Shown here: positions 1-7,557 of the stretch, piece after piece
Numbering within the stretch: position 1 is the stretch's first letter
How the letters are laid out: each line of letters opens with the position of its first letter
Assembly (NCBI GenBank): GCA_005222975.1
Contig: NJBI01000083.1
Location: 1 to 11,569 of the forward strand
Direction of reading: 5' to 3'
Source: Promethearchaeota archaeon Loki_b31
GTDB lineage: Archaea; Asgardarchaeota; Lokiarchaeia; Sigyniarchaeales; SOKP01
Length of the DNA stretch: 11,569 bases
The notes under the pieces: generated by a model
Seen by the model: the letters and a program-made list of their open reading frames with translations, nothing else
Databases searched by the model: none
Told to the model about the DNA's origin: nothing
Position numbers and translations under genes: made by a program

Positions 1-30
1 TAGAAAAGTGAAATAAATTTCAGAATTAGC

Positions 31-45
31 CTTAAAATTTATATG
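31..45 (+). promoter_or_regulatory. Putative archaeal BRE/TATA promoter of the HEPN-MNT pair (probably a leaderless transcript)
   Basis: A-run followed by TTTATATG at 38-45, about 20-25 nt upstream of ATG 63. The AT-rich background lowers specificity. Confidence 0.4.
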
Positions 46-62
46 ATTCAATAAAAAAAATT

Positions 63-491
63 ATGAAGGAAAGAGTCCAAAACTGGTTAAAGGAAGCAAA
101 ATGGGATCTTGAAAACGCTAATATTCTTTTAGAAAATAAGAGATATAGCACAGCAGTTTTTCATTCTCAGCAAGCATCCGAAAAAGCAGTCAAAGCATTA
201 TTATTTTCTCGAAATTTAAATGGATGGGGTCATTCCATCAATTCCTTATTAGAAAAATATAGCGAAGAAGAAAAACGCCAAATAAGTACAATACAAAATG
301 AAGCACGTGAGCTTGATAGAAATTATATAACTACAAGATATCCAGACGCTTTACCTGAAATTGCACCTCAAGATGCTTACGATAAAATAGATGCAGAAAA
401 ATCAATAAATCAAGCGAATAAAATTTTTTCTTTCGTGGAGAGTGAAATTAATTATTTCAAACTAGAAACTAAGGTGAAAAAAAATAAGTAA
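63..491 (+). CDS. HEPN domain protein (PF05168-like), partner of the downstream MNT
   Basis: Motifs W-x3-A-x2-DL, AVFHSQQASEKAVKALL, GHS and YITTRYPD. Lies directly upstream of a minimal nucleotidyltransferase. Confidence 0.92.
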   Translation: MKERVQNWLKEAKWDLENANILLENKRYSTAVFHSQQASEKAVKALLFSRNLNGWGHSINSLLEKYSEEEKRQISTIQNEARELDRNYITTRYPDALPEIAPQDAYDKIDAEKSINQANKIFSFVESEINYFKLETKVKKNK

Positions 492-909
492 GAATAAAAA
501 GACCATTGATTACCTTACTGAATTTGTGAACGAGTTGAATGGTGTTCTTTCCTTAGAATGCGTGATATTGTTTGGTTCAAGAGCAAGGAAGGACTATATG
601 CCTTATAGTGATGTTGATTTAATATTTATAGGTGATTTTAAAGAAAAGTTTATCAAAAGGGGAGCTGTTATTTACGAGAAATTTGATTTTCGTGTTGGGT
701 TGGATGCATTTTGCTATACTCCTAAAGAGTTTGAAAAAATGTTTCAAGAAGGTATTGTTTCTATCTTAGATGCTATAGATGAAGGAATTTGTTTATTGGG
801 TCGTGATTTTTTTAAGAGATATAAAAAGAAAATTAATAATTTAAAGAGTAAAGGACTTCGAAAGGAGCCACCAGTATGGATTTTACCTAAGTCTATGTCT
901 ATAGATTAG
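484..909 (+). CDS. Minimal nucleotidyltransferase (MNT), antitoxin-type; start uncertain (ATA 484, ATT 505 or GTG 526)
   Basis: VILFGS-RARKDYMPYS-DVD fits GS-x10-DxD, with a third acidic residue in GLDAF. The frame is open from 478 and AGGTGA (472-477) lies just upstream of ATA 484. Confidence 0.88.
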   Translation: MSKNKKTIDYLTEFVNELNGVLSLECVILFGSRARKDYMPYSDVDLIFIGDFKEKFIKRGAVIYEKFDFRVGLDAFCYTPKEFEKMFQEGIVSILDAIDEGICLLGRDFFKRYKKKINNLKSKGLRKEPPVWILPKSMSID

Positions 910-966
910 ATGGAAATTATAAGAATCCCTTTTTTCATCTATAGATAACTAATTTCTAAGTATTCG

Positions 967-1042
967 TTAATTTTAACAATGGTTAAAATTAATTTTAATC
1001 AATTATTAGGAACAATTAATATTGACATTAGATAATATTAAT
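967..1042. promoter_or_regulatory. Cluster of inverted repeats upstream of hdrA-mvhD (candidate operators)
   Basis: TTAATTTTAAC-N4-GTTAAAATTAA (967-992), perfect palindrome TTAAAATTAATTTTAA (983-998), and ATTAATATT-N10-AATATTAAT (1015-1042). Confidence 0.4.
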
Positions 1043-1083
1043 CATAGATTCGCGAAAATTTAAAGTTATAGAGTGGTTTCAAA

Positions 1084-3480
1084 TTGAAAATTGGATTGTT
1101 TATATGTGATTGTGGTAAAAATATTAGTGGAGTAATCGATAACGGTAAACTGATAGAACATTTTAGCCAATATCCAGATGTCCATGTGATAGGAGATCAA
1201 TATTTATGCGCAGAATTGGGTTTAAATAAAATAATTGAGGAAATTAAAGAAAATAAGATCGATCGTGTAGTTATTGCTGCGTGTTCCTTTAAATTACATG
1301 GATTATTGTTCAGAAAAACCATAGAAAAGGCGGGCATCAATAGATTTCTTATATCCTTCGCAAATATCAGAGAGCAAAACTCTTGGGTTCATAGTGACGA
1401 ACCGGAGAAAGCTACGAGCAAGGCAATCGACCAAATAAATATGGCAATTGAACACGTTAAGCTTCTCATGCCTTTAGAGGTTCAATATGCCAAGGTTAAT
1501 CCAGCAACTTTGGTAATTGGGGGCGGAATTGCCGGTATTAAAGCTGCTATAGTCATTGCGGATGCTGGATATAAAGTATATTTAGTTGAAAGAGACTTAA
1601 CAATAGGAGGACACATGGCTCTTTTTGACAAAACTTTTCCTACGTTAGACTGTTCGATCTGTATATTAGGCCCTCTTATGGTAGAAGTAAAAGATCACCC
1701 CAATATTGAGTTGCTTACCTACTCTGAAATTGAAAAAGTGGGAGGTTATGTTGGAAACTTTGATGTAAGAGTAAAAAAACATCCGCGATTTATTAACGAA
1801 GAAACTTGCGTAGGTTGCTTTGATCTCTGTCGAGATGTTTGTCCAATTGATGTAGAGGATACTTTTTTTCCCAGAAAAGCAATTGATGTGGTTTATCCTC
1901 AAGCTATACCGCTCTATCCAAACATTATAGAAGAATTTTGTATCGGATGTAAGGCGTGTGCGCAAGCGTGTGATCGCGACGCAATCGATTTTGATCAAAA
2001 AGCAGAGACAATCAAATTTCAAGTAGGTACAATTATAGTTGCAACAGGGTTTAAAACGTTTGATCCTAGTTTGTTAGGCGAATTGAATTATCAAAGATAT
2101 ATTGATGTAATCACCACTATGCAATTGGAGCGACTGCTTAACAACGAAGGACCTACTCGCGGAAGATTTGCGAGACCTTCCAATGGAAAAGTACCTAAGA
2201 AAGTGTCGTTTGTATTATGCGTAGGTTCAAGAAATAAAGTTATTCACCACGATTATTGTAGCCAAGTTTGTTGTAATGAGGCAATCAAACAAGCGGTTCT
2301 ATTAAAAAAGGAATATCCTGAGATTAAAATTAATGTATATTATACTGACATTCGAGCTATGGGTAAGAATTGTGAGGAATTCTATAATAGAGCCCAAGAA
2401 ACTTTTGGGATTAGGTTTATAAAAAGCAATATTTCTGCAATTTTAAAAGACGATTTATCAGAAAGCGGAGAATTATTAATTCGGGGCGAAGATGTTATTG
2501 AGGACTCAATTTTCGAAAATAGAACCGATGTCGTGGTACTAGCCGTAGGGATCGAACCTGCAGAGGACACAAAAGAATTAAGTCAATTGTTAAACATATC
2601 ACAAGATCCCTATGGTTTCTTACTAGAAAAGCATCTGAAAATAAAACCTTCTGAGACCTCTGTGAACGGAATATTTCTGGCAGGCGTGATACAAGGGCCT
2701 AAGGATATTCCTAACAGTATAGCTCAAGCAGAAAGCGCTGCTGCGAAGGCTATCGCTTTAACTTCAAAAAAGAAGGTCGAATTAGACCCTCATATCGTCT
2801 ATTTTAATCCAGATGAATGCGATTTATGCCGATTATGCGAAAATATCTGTAACTTTAACGCTTTAAAAATTGAGAAAAATAAATTAATCATCACCCAAGT
2901 TAACTGCACAGGATGCGGAGCTTGTGCCGCAATGTGCCATTCAGATGCGTTGTACATTCCGGGTTTTACTAAAGCGCAAATAAATGCTCAAATCAAAACG
3001 GTATTAAAGAAAAAAAGCGAATCCCCCTTAATAATCGCGTTTCTCTGTAATTGGTGTTCTTATATGGGCGCAGACCTTGCTGGTACAAGTAAATTAAATT
3101 ATCCGAGCAATGTAAGATCTGTGCACGTAATGTGTACAGCAATGTTGAATCCTTCACAAGTGTTTGAAGCTTTCTTTAACGGTGCGGATGGCGTATTAAT
3201 CGCAGGGTGCCACCCACAGGATTGCCATTATGATACTGGTTTTATGAAAGCAACGACTAGATACGAAAGTATAAGAGAAATACTTGGGGAAGCTGGGATA
3301 AACGAAGATCGCGTCAAAATAGTAAGTATATCTGCTGGCGAAGGTGAAAAATTCGCTCAAGTTATTTCCGAATTCAAATCTGAGCTTGGAAAACTGGGAC
3401 CAATTAAGCCTGGAGAATATGTAAAACCTGTATTCGCGGAAGAAAAAGCGAAAGAAAAAGCAAAACTGGATGAAATATAA
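1084..3480 (+). CDS. hdrA: Heterodisulfide reductase subunit A fused to an MvhD/FlpD [2Fe-2S] domain (HdrA-MvhD)
   Basis: N-terminal IGLFICDCG and VIAACS; FAD motif VIGGGIAG; KTFPTLDCSICIL; inserted ferredoxin (CVGCFDLCRDVCP, CIGCKACAQAC); CVGSR, YCSQVCC, GPKDIP; C-terminal ferredoxin (CDLCRLC, CTGCGAC); MvhD motifs FLCNWCSYMGADLAG, VMC and GADGVLIAGCHPQDCHY. TTG start. Confidence 0.95.
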   Translation: MKIGLFICDCGKNISGVIDNGKLIEHFSQYPDVHVIGDQYLCAELGLNKIIEEIKENKIDRVVIAACSFKLHGLLFRKTIEKAGINRFLISFANIREQNSWVHSDEPEKATSKAIDQINMAIEHVKLLMPLEVQYAKVNPATLVIGGGIAGIKAAIVIADAGYKVYLVERDLTIGGHMALFDKTFPTLDCSICILGPLMVEVKDHPNIELLTYSEIEKVGGYVGNFDVRVKKHPRFINEETCVGCFDLCRDVCPIDVEDTFFPRKAIDVVYPQAIPLYPNIIEEFCIGCKACAQACDRDAIDFDQKAETIKFQVGTIIVATGFKTFDPSLLGELNYQRYIDVITTMQLERLLNNEGPTRGRFARPSNGKVPKKVSFVLCVGSRNKVIHHDYCSQVCCNEAIKQAVLLKKEYPEIKINVYYTDIRAMGKNCEEFYNRAQETFGIRFIKSNISAILKDDLSESGELLIRGEDVIEDSIFENRTDVVVLAVGIEPAEDTKELSQLLNISQDPYGFLLEKHLKIKPSETSVNGIFLAGVIQGPKDIPNSIAQAESAAAKAIALTSKKKVELDPHIVYFNPDECDLCRLCENICNFNALKIEKNKLIITQVNCTGCGACAAMCHSDALYIPGFTKAQINAQIKTVLKKKSESPLIIAFLCNWCSYMGADLAGTSKLNYPSNVRSVHVMCTAMLNPSQVFEAFFNGADGVLIAGCHPQDCHYDTGFMKATTRYESIREILGEAGINEDRVKIVSISAGEGEKFAQVISEFKSELGKLGPIKPGEYVKPVFAEEKAKEKAKLDEI

Positions 3481-3548
3481 AAAATAATTAATGATTTTTC
3501 TTTTATCAACTAAGATGTTAAACAATAAATCTTCCCAATGAAAACATT

Positions 3549-4984
3549 ATGAAAATTCGAGCTATTACAATTGGACAAAAAATACCTTATTTAATCGAGG
3601 ATAAAGAACTCGAAAGCGTAATGGAGCAAAGTCTTAGCAATTTCAATGCATTCAATAGAGACCTAACGCAACAATTTAACGACATAGCTATTGAAGTCCA
3701 GACTAAAAGGTTGTGCTCTCAACCGATATTATCTTATGATCAACAATTGCATGCGAGAAATTTAAATGAAACATTAATAAAAATTCACGAACAATTAGCT
3801 ATCTTAGAACGAATCGTATCGAAATACGAGTTTGATTACTTTACTTCTTGTGCTGTATTAGCGGACGAACAAATTCAGAAATATGGTATTTACGAAAAAT
3901 TATTGTTGAATGAAATACCTGCGTTCATTAAAAGAAAAGAAAAGTTTTTTAGTTCTTTACATGTAGCGTCAACGGAAAACGGAATTAACTTATCTGCTCT
4001 TCGATCAGGAGCTAAAATTATAAAATTCAGAAATATGGTATTTACGAAAAATTATTGTTGAATGAAATACCTGCGTTTATTAAAAGAAAAGAAAAATTTT
4101 TTAGTTCTTTACATGTAGCGTCAACGGAAAACGGAATTAACTTATCTGCTCTTCGATCAGGAGCTAAAATTATAAAAAAATTATCCGAACCAGATCCCTT
4201 TAAAAATCTAAACTTTTGCGTGAGCTCTAATGTGTCTCCCGATACGCCATTTTTTCCCGCAGCTTATCACATATCAGAAAGACCTTCTTTTAGCTTAGCG
4301 TTGGAGATGGCAGATGAAGTTGTGAAGGTTTTTGAAAACTCAAAGAATTTTAAAGAAGCACAAAATAACTTGAGAACAAGGTTTAACGAAATTTACGACA
4401 ATTTGATGAGAATTTGCGAAGATGTGGCTAACAAGCACGAAATTGAATTTAACGGAATCGATTTCTCTCCAGCGCCTTATCCTACTGTAGAAAAAAGCAT
4501 CGGTACAGCCTTCGAAAAACTAAATTTCGAATATTTTGGAGCTCACGGCACTCTTATCGGAGTAGCAATAATAAAAAATGCAATACCCAAAAGAAAAAAA
4601 GTTATAGGATTTTCAGGATTTATGCCTTCTGTGCTTGAAGACTATACAATAGCTAAAAGCTTATCAGAAAATAAATTTAATTTAGATACACTATTGCTGT
4701 ATGCTACTATTTGCGGAACAGGATTAGATTGTGTTCCATTACCAGGTGATATTACCGAAAGAGAATTGTTTTATATTTTATTAGATATATGTACCATTTC
4801 ATTAAGATTGAAAAAACCACTGACAGCTAGACTTATGCCAATTCCGGGTAGAAACGCGGGCGATGTTGTAGATTTTGATTTTGAATACTTCGCCTCCTCA
4901 AAAGTTATGGCTATTCGAAGATTAGCTGAAACTAATGAAAATGATATTTTTTCCAGTAAAGAAAAAAGCTTCAACTTTTTGTAA
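3549..4984 (+). pseudogene. DUF711/UPF0210 family protein, split into ORFs 3549-4061 and 4055-4984 by a 152-bp duplication (427 aa if one copy is removed; possibly intact in vivo)
   Basis: N-terminal MKIRAITIG; C-terminal GIDFSPAP, GFSGFMPSVLED, CGTGLDCVPLPGD and LKKPLTARLMPIPG. Both ORFs contain the same segment LNEIPAF...GAKIIK. Confidence 0.85.
3871..4174 (+). repeat. Tandem direct duplication, 2 x 152 bp (3871-4022 and 4023-4174)
   Basis: The copies are identical except C3926/T4078 and G3944/A4096, both synonymous third positions (Phe TTC/TTT, Lys AAG/AAA). Confidence 0.97.
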
Positions 4985-5056
4985 TATAAATTTTAAGAAG
5001 GAATCTATCCTAAGATTAATTGTTATAAACTAATTTAAGAATCTCGGAAAAAAAAT

Positions 5057-5530
5057 ATGGAAAATCTTGTGGATAATACAAAAAAATGCAAGAAATTGAT
5101 ATTTTCTAACGAAACTTTAGAATATTTTGATAATGAAATTGATTTTAAACCTGATATGAATCCCAGTGCTAATCATCTTAATAATTTTAGAAAAAACTCA
5201 AATTTTCTTAGGGATGAGATGTTAAACGAACTTGATCACCTAAAAACACTTATCCTAAACAATCCAGATTTGAAATTGAAAGCCCTCGATGAAGAGGAAA
5301 GAGTAATCTTTTTTAATTTTGTAAATCATTATTCGAGGTGTCCTACATGTGGTGCTACCAATCACTACTCGCATTTAAAAAAAATGTATTTTAATGATGA
5401 AAATATAGAACTGAGAGATATTTTAATCAATTTTATGTATTCAGAAATAAAAAAACTACAAAATTTGAATATTAATATAGGAATTCCTTGTTGTACTTGT
5501 TTTAAAAAATATTTGGAAAAAAATAAATAA
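5057..5530 (+). CDS. Hypothetical protein with a probable split Zn-binding site
   Basis: 157-aa ORF with ATG start, CPTC (C95/C98) and GIPCCTC (C145/C146/C148). It fills the gap between its neighbours. Confidence 0.75.
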   Translation: MENLVDNTKKCKKLIFSNETLEYFDNEIDFKPDMNPSANHLNNFRKNSNFLRDEMLNELDHLKTLILNNPDLKLKALDEEERVIFFNFVNHYSRCPTCGATNHYSHLKKMYFNDENIELRDILINFMYSEIKKLQNLNINIGIPCCTCFKKYLEKNK

Positions 5531-5537
5531 ATAAGGT

Positions 5538-5810
5538 TTAGTATTTTTCTATAACTTTTCCAGCTTGTAATATCTTAAAATTGATTTTGTTCCCATCTTC
5601 CTCGATTTTCTTGACGCAATCTGCTTGAATTAAGTAGTCTATGTTGTATTTAAAAACATCTTCTTTATCCAAGATATTGTTGGCTTTTAGTTTTTCAAAT
5701 AAATCTTCTTGAGAGGTTTTTTCCACCTCATTTAAAAATCGTAACATTTCTCGTCTTATTGGATTGTTTACAGCTTTCAAATAAAATGCGTGATCTACCA
5801 TTTTTAGCAT
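5538..5810 (-). CDS. Small ArsR-like winged-helix protein (paralog B); true start possibly ATG 5801
   Basis: YLKAVNNPIRREML helix, YNIDYLIQADCV recognition helix and ILQAGK wing. GAGGA is better spaced to the second ATG. Confidence 0.8.
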   Translation of the reverse strand: MLKMVDHAFYLKAVNNPIRREMLRFLNEVEKTSQEDLFEKLKANNILDKEDVFKYNIDYLIQADCVKKIEEDGNKINFKILQAGKVIEKY

Positions 5811-5850
5811 TCCTCTTTAAATGTATGGCTTTTTTGTTTTCATTTTGTAT

Positions 5851-6192
5851 TTATTTTAAATAATCAACAACTTTGCCAGCTTGAGTGATTACGTAGTAAA
5901 TTCTGTCTCGTCTCTCTATTTTTTCGATGCATAATGCTTTTATTAAAAAATTAATGTTGTACTCTAAGATAGAAGGGTCTTTTAATATCTCTTTTTCAGA
6001 TAATTGGTTAAATAATCTCTTTTCTAAAATTTCATTAGAATCATTTACAATTTTCAAAATTTCGCGCCTAATAGGATGGTTTACAGCTTTGAGATATAAA
6101 TCGTGATAGTATTTACTACTCTCAACCGTTTTGCTAAAATCTTCGATCGTTTTGAAGTCGCTGTAATTTTCAAATTCAAACTCATCTGGCAT
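5851..6192 (-). CDS. Small ArsR-like winged-helix protein (paralog A)
   Basis: YLKAVNHPIRREILK, YNINFLIKALCI and YVITQAGKVV; clearly similar to 5538-5810. Confidence 0.82.
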   Translation of the reverse strand: MPDEFEFENYSDFKTIEDFSKTVESSKYYHDLYLKAVNHPIRREILKIVNDSNEILEKRLFNQLSEKEILKDPSILEYNINFLIKALCIEKIERRDRIYYVITQAGKVVDYLK

Positions 6193-6270
6193 AGAGTGAA
6201 AAAAATATCAAAAAGTAAAAACTTTTACTCTATAATCAATAAAAATTTAATATTTAAGTTGAATATTTAA
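6191..6270. promoter_or_regulatory. Divergent promoter region with palindromes (candidate wHTH operator)
   Basis: AGTAAAA-AC-TTTTACT (6214-6229); ATAGAGTGAAA (6191-6201) inverted with TTTTACTCTAT (6223-6233); direct repeat AATATTTAA at 6249 and 6262. Confidence 0.4.
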
Positions 6271-6296
6271 AACTAAATTAAAATCTTGATATTATT

Positions 6297-7376
6297 ATGT
6301 CAGAAAAAAAACCTATGAGTTATGATGAAATTAAAAGTTTACTTGGCGCAGATGCGGATAAACTTCTAAATCACACATGCACTGGAATCCCAAAAGAAAT
6401 GATTCACGAACCCGGCCCAGATTTTATCGAAAGAGTGTGGGAGCATTCTGATCGAAATAATTTGGTATTAAACAATATGGAAAGAATATATAACCAACGT
6501 GGTAGATTAGCTGGTACAGGATATGTCTCTATTCTCCCTGTAGATCAAGGCATTGAACATACTGCCTCTGCTAGTTTTGCTATAAATCCTAGATATTTTG
6601 ATCCCGAGAACATTATTAAATTAGCAATAGAGGGCGGCTCTAATGGTGTAGCGTCTACTCTTGGAGTTTTAGGCTCAATTAGTAGAAGGTATGCGCACAA
6701 AGTTCCATTTATAGTTAAAATAAATCATAACGAATTACTTACAAAACCTAACTTGTCTGATCAAACAATGTTCGCTAGTGTAGATCAAGCATTTGATATG
6801 GGTGCAGTGGCAGTTGGCTCAACTGTATATTTTGGCTCTCAAAATTCGCGGCGACAAATTCAAGAAACTTCGGAAGCGTTTAAATACGCTCACGAGCTTG
6901 GACTTGTTTGCGTTCTATGGTGCTATCTTAGAAATAAGAAAGAGTTCATTAAAGATGGAAAAGATTACCACACTGCAAACGACTTAGAAAGTCAAGCTAA
7001 TCATTTAGGCGTAACTATTGAAGCAGATATTATTAAACAGAAAATTTCTACAACTAGTAGAGGTTTCGTTGAGTTGAATTTTGGAAAAACCGATAAACTT
7101 GTTTACGATAAATTAGCAACCGACCACCCTCTTGAGTGGAACCGATATCAAGTAGCGAATTGCTATATGGGCAGAGTTGGGTTAATAAATTCTGGTGGAG
7201 AATCTGGTGGAAACGATCTTGCCGATGCCGTTAAGGCAGCCGTAATCAACAAAAGATCTGGTGGAATGGGTCTTATTTTAGGAAGAAAAGCCTTCAAAAA
7301 GCCAACACCGGAAGGAATTAAGATATTAAACGCTGTGCAAGATGTTTATCTAAACAAGGACATCACAATTGCCTAA
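6297..7376 (+). CDS. fbaB: Class I fructose-bisphosphate aldolase, FbaB/DhnA type
   Basis: [53 protein letters not shown] (Schiff-base Lys), [14 protein letters not shown] and [17 protein letters not shown] closely match E. coli FbaB motifs. Confidence 0.95.
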   Translation: MSEKKPMSYDEIKSLLGADADKLLNHTCTGIPKEMIHEPGPDFIERVWEHSDRNNLVLNNMERIYNQRGRLAGTGYVSILPVDQGIEHTASASFAINPRYFDPENIIKLAIEGGSNGVASTLGVLGSISRRYAHKVPFIVKINHNELLTKPNLSDQTMFASVDQAFDMGAVAVGSTVYFGSQNSRRQIQETSEAFKYAHELGLVCVLWCYLRNKKEFIKDGKDYHTANDLESQANHLGVTIEADIIKQKISTTSRGFVELNFGKTDKLVYDKLATDHPLEWNRYQVANCYMGRVGLINSGGESGGNDLADAVKAAVINKRSGGMGLILGRKAFKKPTPEGIKILNAVQDVYLNKDITIA

Positions 7377-7393
7377 ATTCTTATAAATTAAAT

Positions 7394-7413
7394 ATTTTTT
7401 TTTATAGTTTTTT
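7394..7413 (+). terminator. Oligo-T archaeal-type terminator after fbaB
   Basis: T9 and T6 tracts about 20-35 nt after the stop codon, in a convergent intergenic region. Confidence 0.5.
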
Positions 7414-7430
7414 GTTATATTATCATATCT

Positions 7431-7511
7431 GATTGTGACACTTCATCAAACCCATAATAAAGTGTAGTCTGAATGCATCTGACAGACCAAAAAACCGTCA
7501 TCCAATACTTC
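7431..7511 (-). other. Two-hairpin structured element overlapping a 28-codon ORF (7446-7532, MKIESSFEVLDDGFLVCQMHSDYTLLWV); ncRNA, 3' UTR element or gene remnant
   Basis: Hairpins at 7471-7511 and 7438-7465. Their non-Watson-Crick pairs are G-U on the minus strand. The stretch is more GC-rich than the flanking intergenic DNA. Confidence 0.35.
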
Positions 7512-7557
7512 AAATGATGATTCGATTTTCATTATAGAAAATATCCAATGAGATATC

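Noticed and set aside
1666-2022. Antisense 118-aa ORF
   Set aside because: Lies wholly opposite the well-supported hdrA gene and has no recognisable motifs.
2382-2570. Antisense 62-aa ORF
   Set aside because: Shadow of hdrA; the Ser-rich composition is typical of antisense frames.
3196-3525. Antisense 109-aa ORF
   Set aside because: Phe-rich mirror of Lys/Glu codons in the MvhD domain.
4771-4974. Antisense 67-aa ORF
   Set aside because: Shadow of the conserved DUF711 C-terminus.
4055-4984. Independent 309-aa gene starting at TTG 4055
   Set aside because: The start lies inside the second copy of the duplication; this is the C-terminal part of the DUF711 gene.
6793-6987. Alternate-frame 64-aa ORF
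   Set aside because: Nested in fbaB with no independent support.
7471-7511. SECIS element or selenocysteine readthrough (AUGA...GA on the minus strand; TGA-TGA at 7443-7448)
   Set aside because: The upper helix is too short, there are no apical adenines, the element lies upstream of the TGAs, and the readthrough sequence is low-complexity. hdrA-mvhD has no in-frame TGA and no SECIS-like structure was seen after it.
7429-7520. C/D-box sRNA on the plus strand (CTGA three times, ATGATGA at 7514-7520)
   Set aside because: The boxes are in the wrong order (D before C) and no D box follows the C box.
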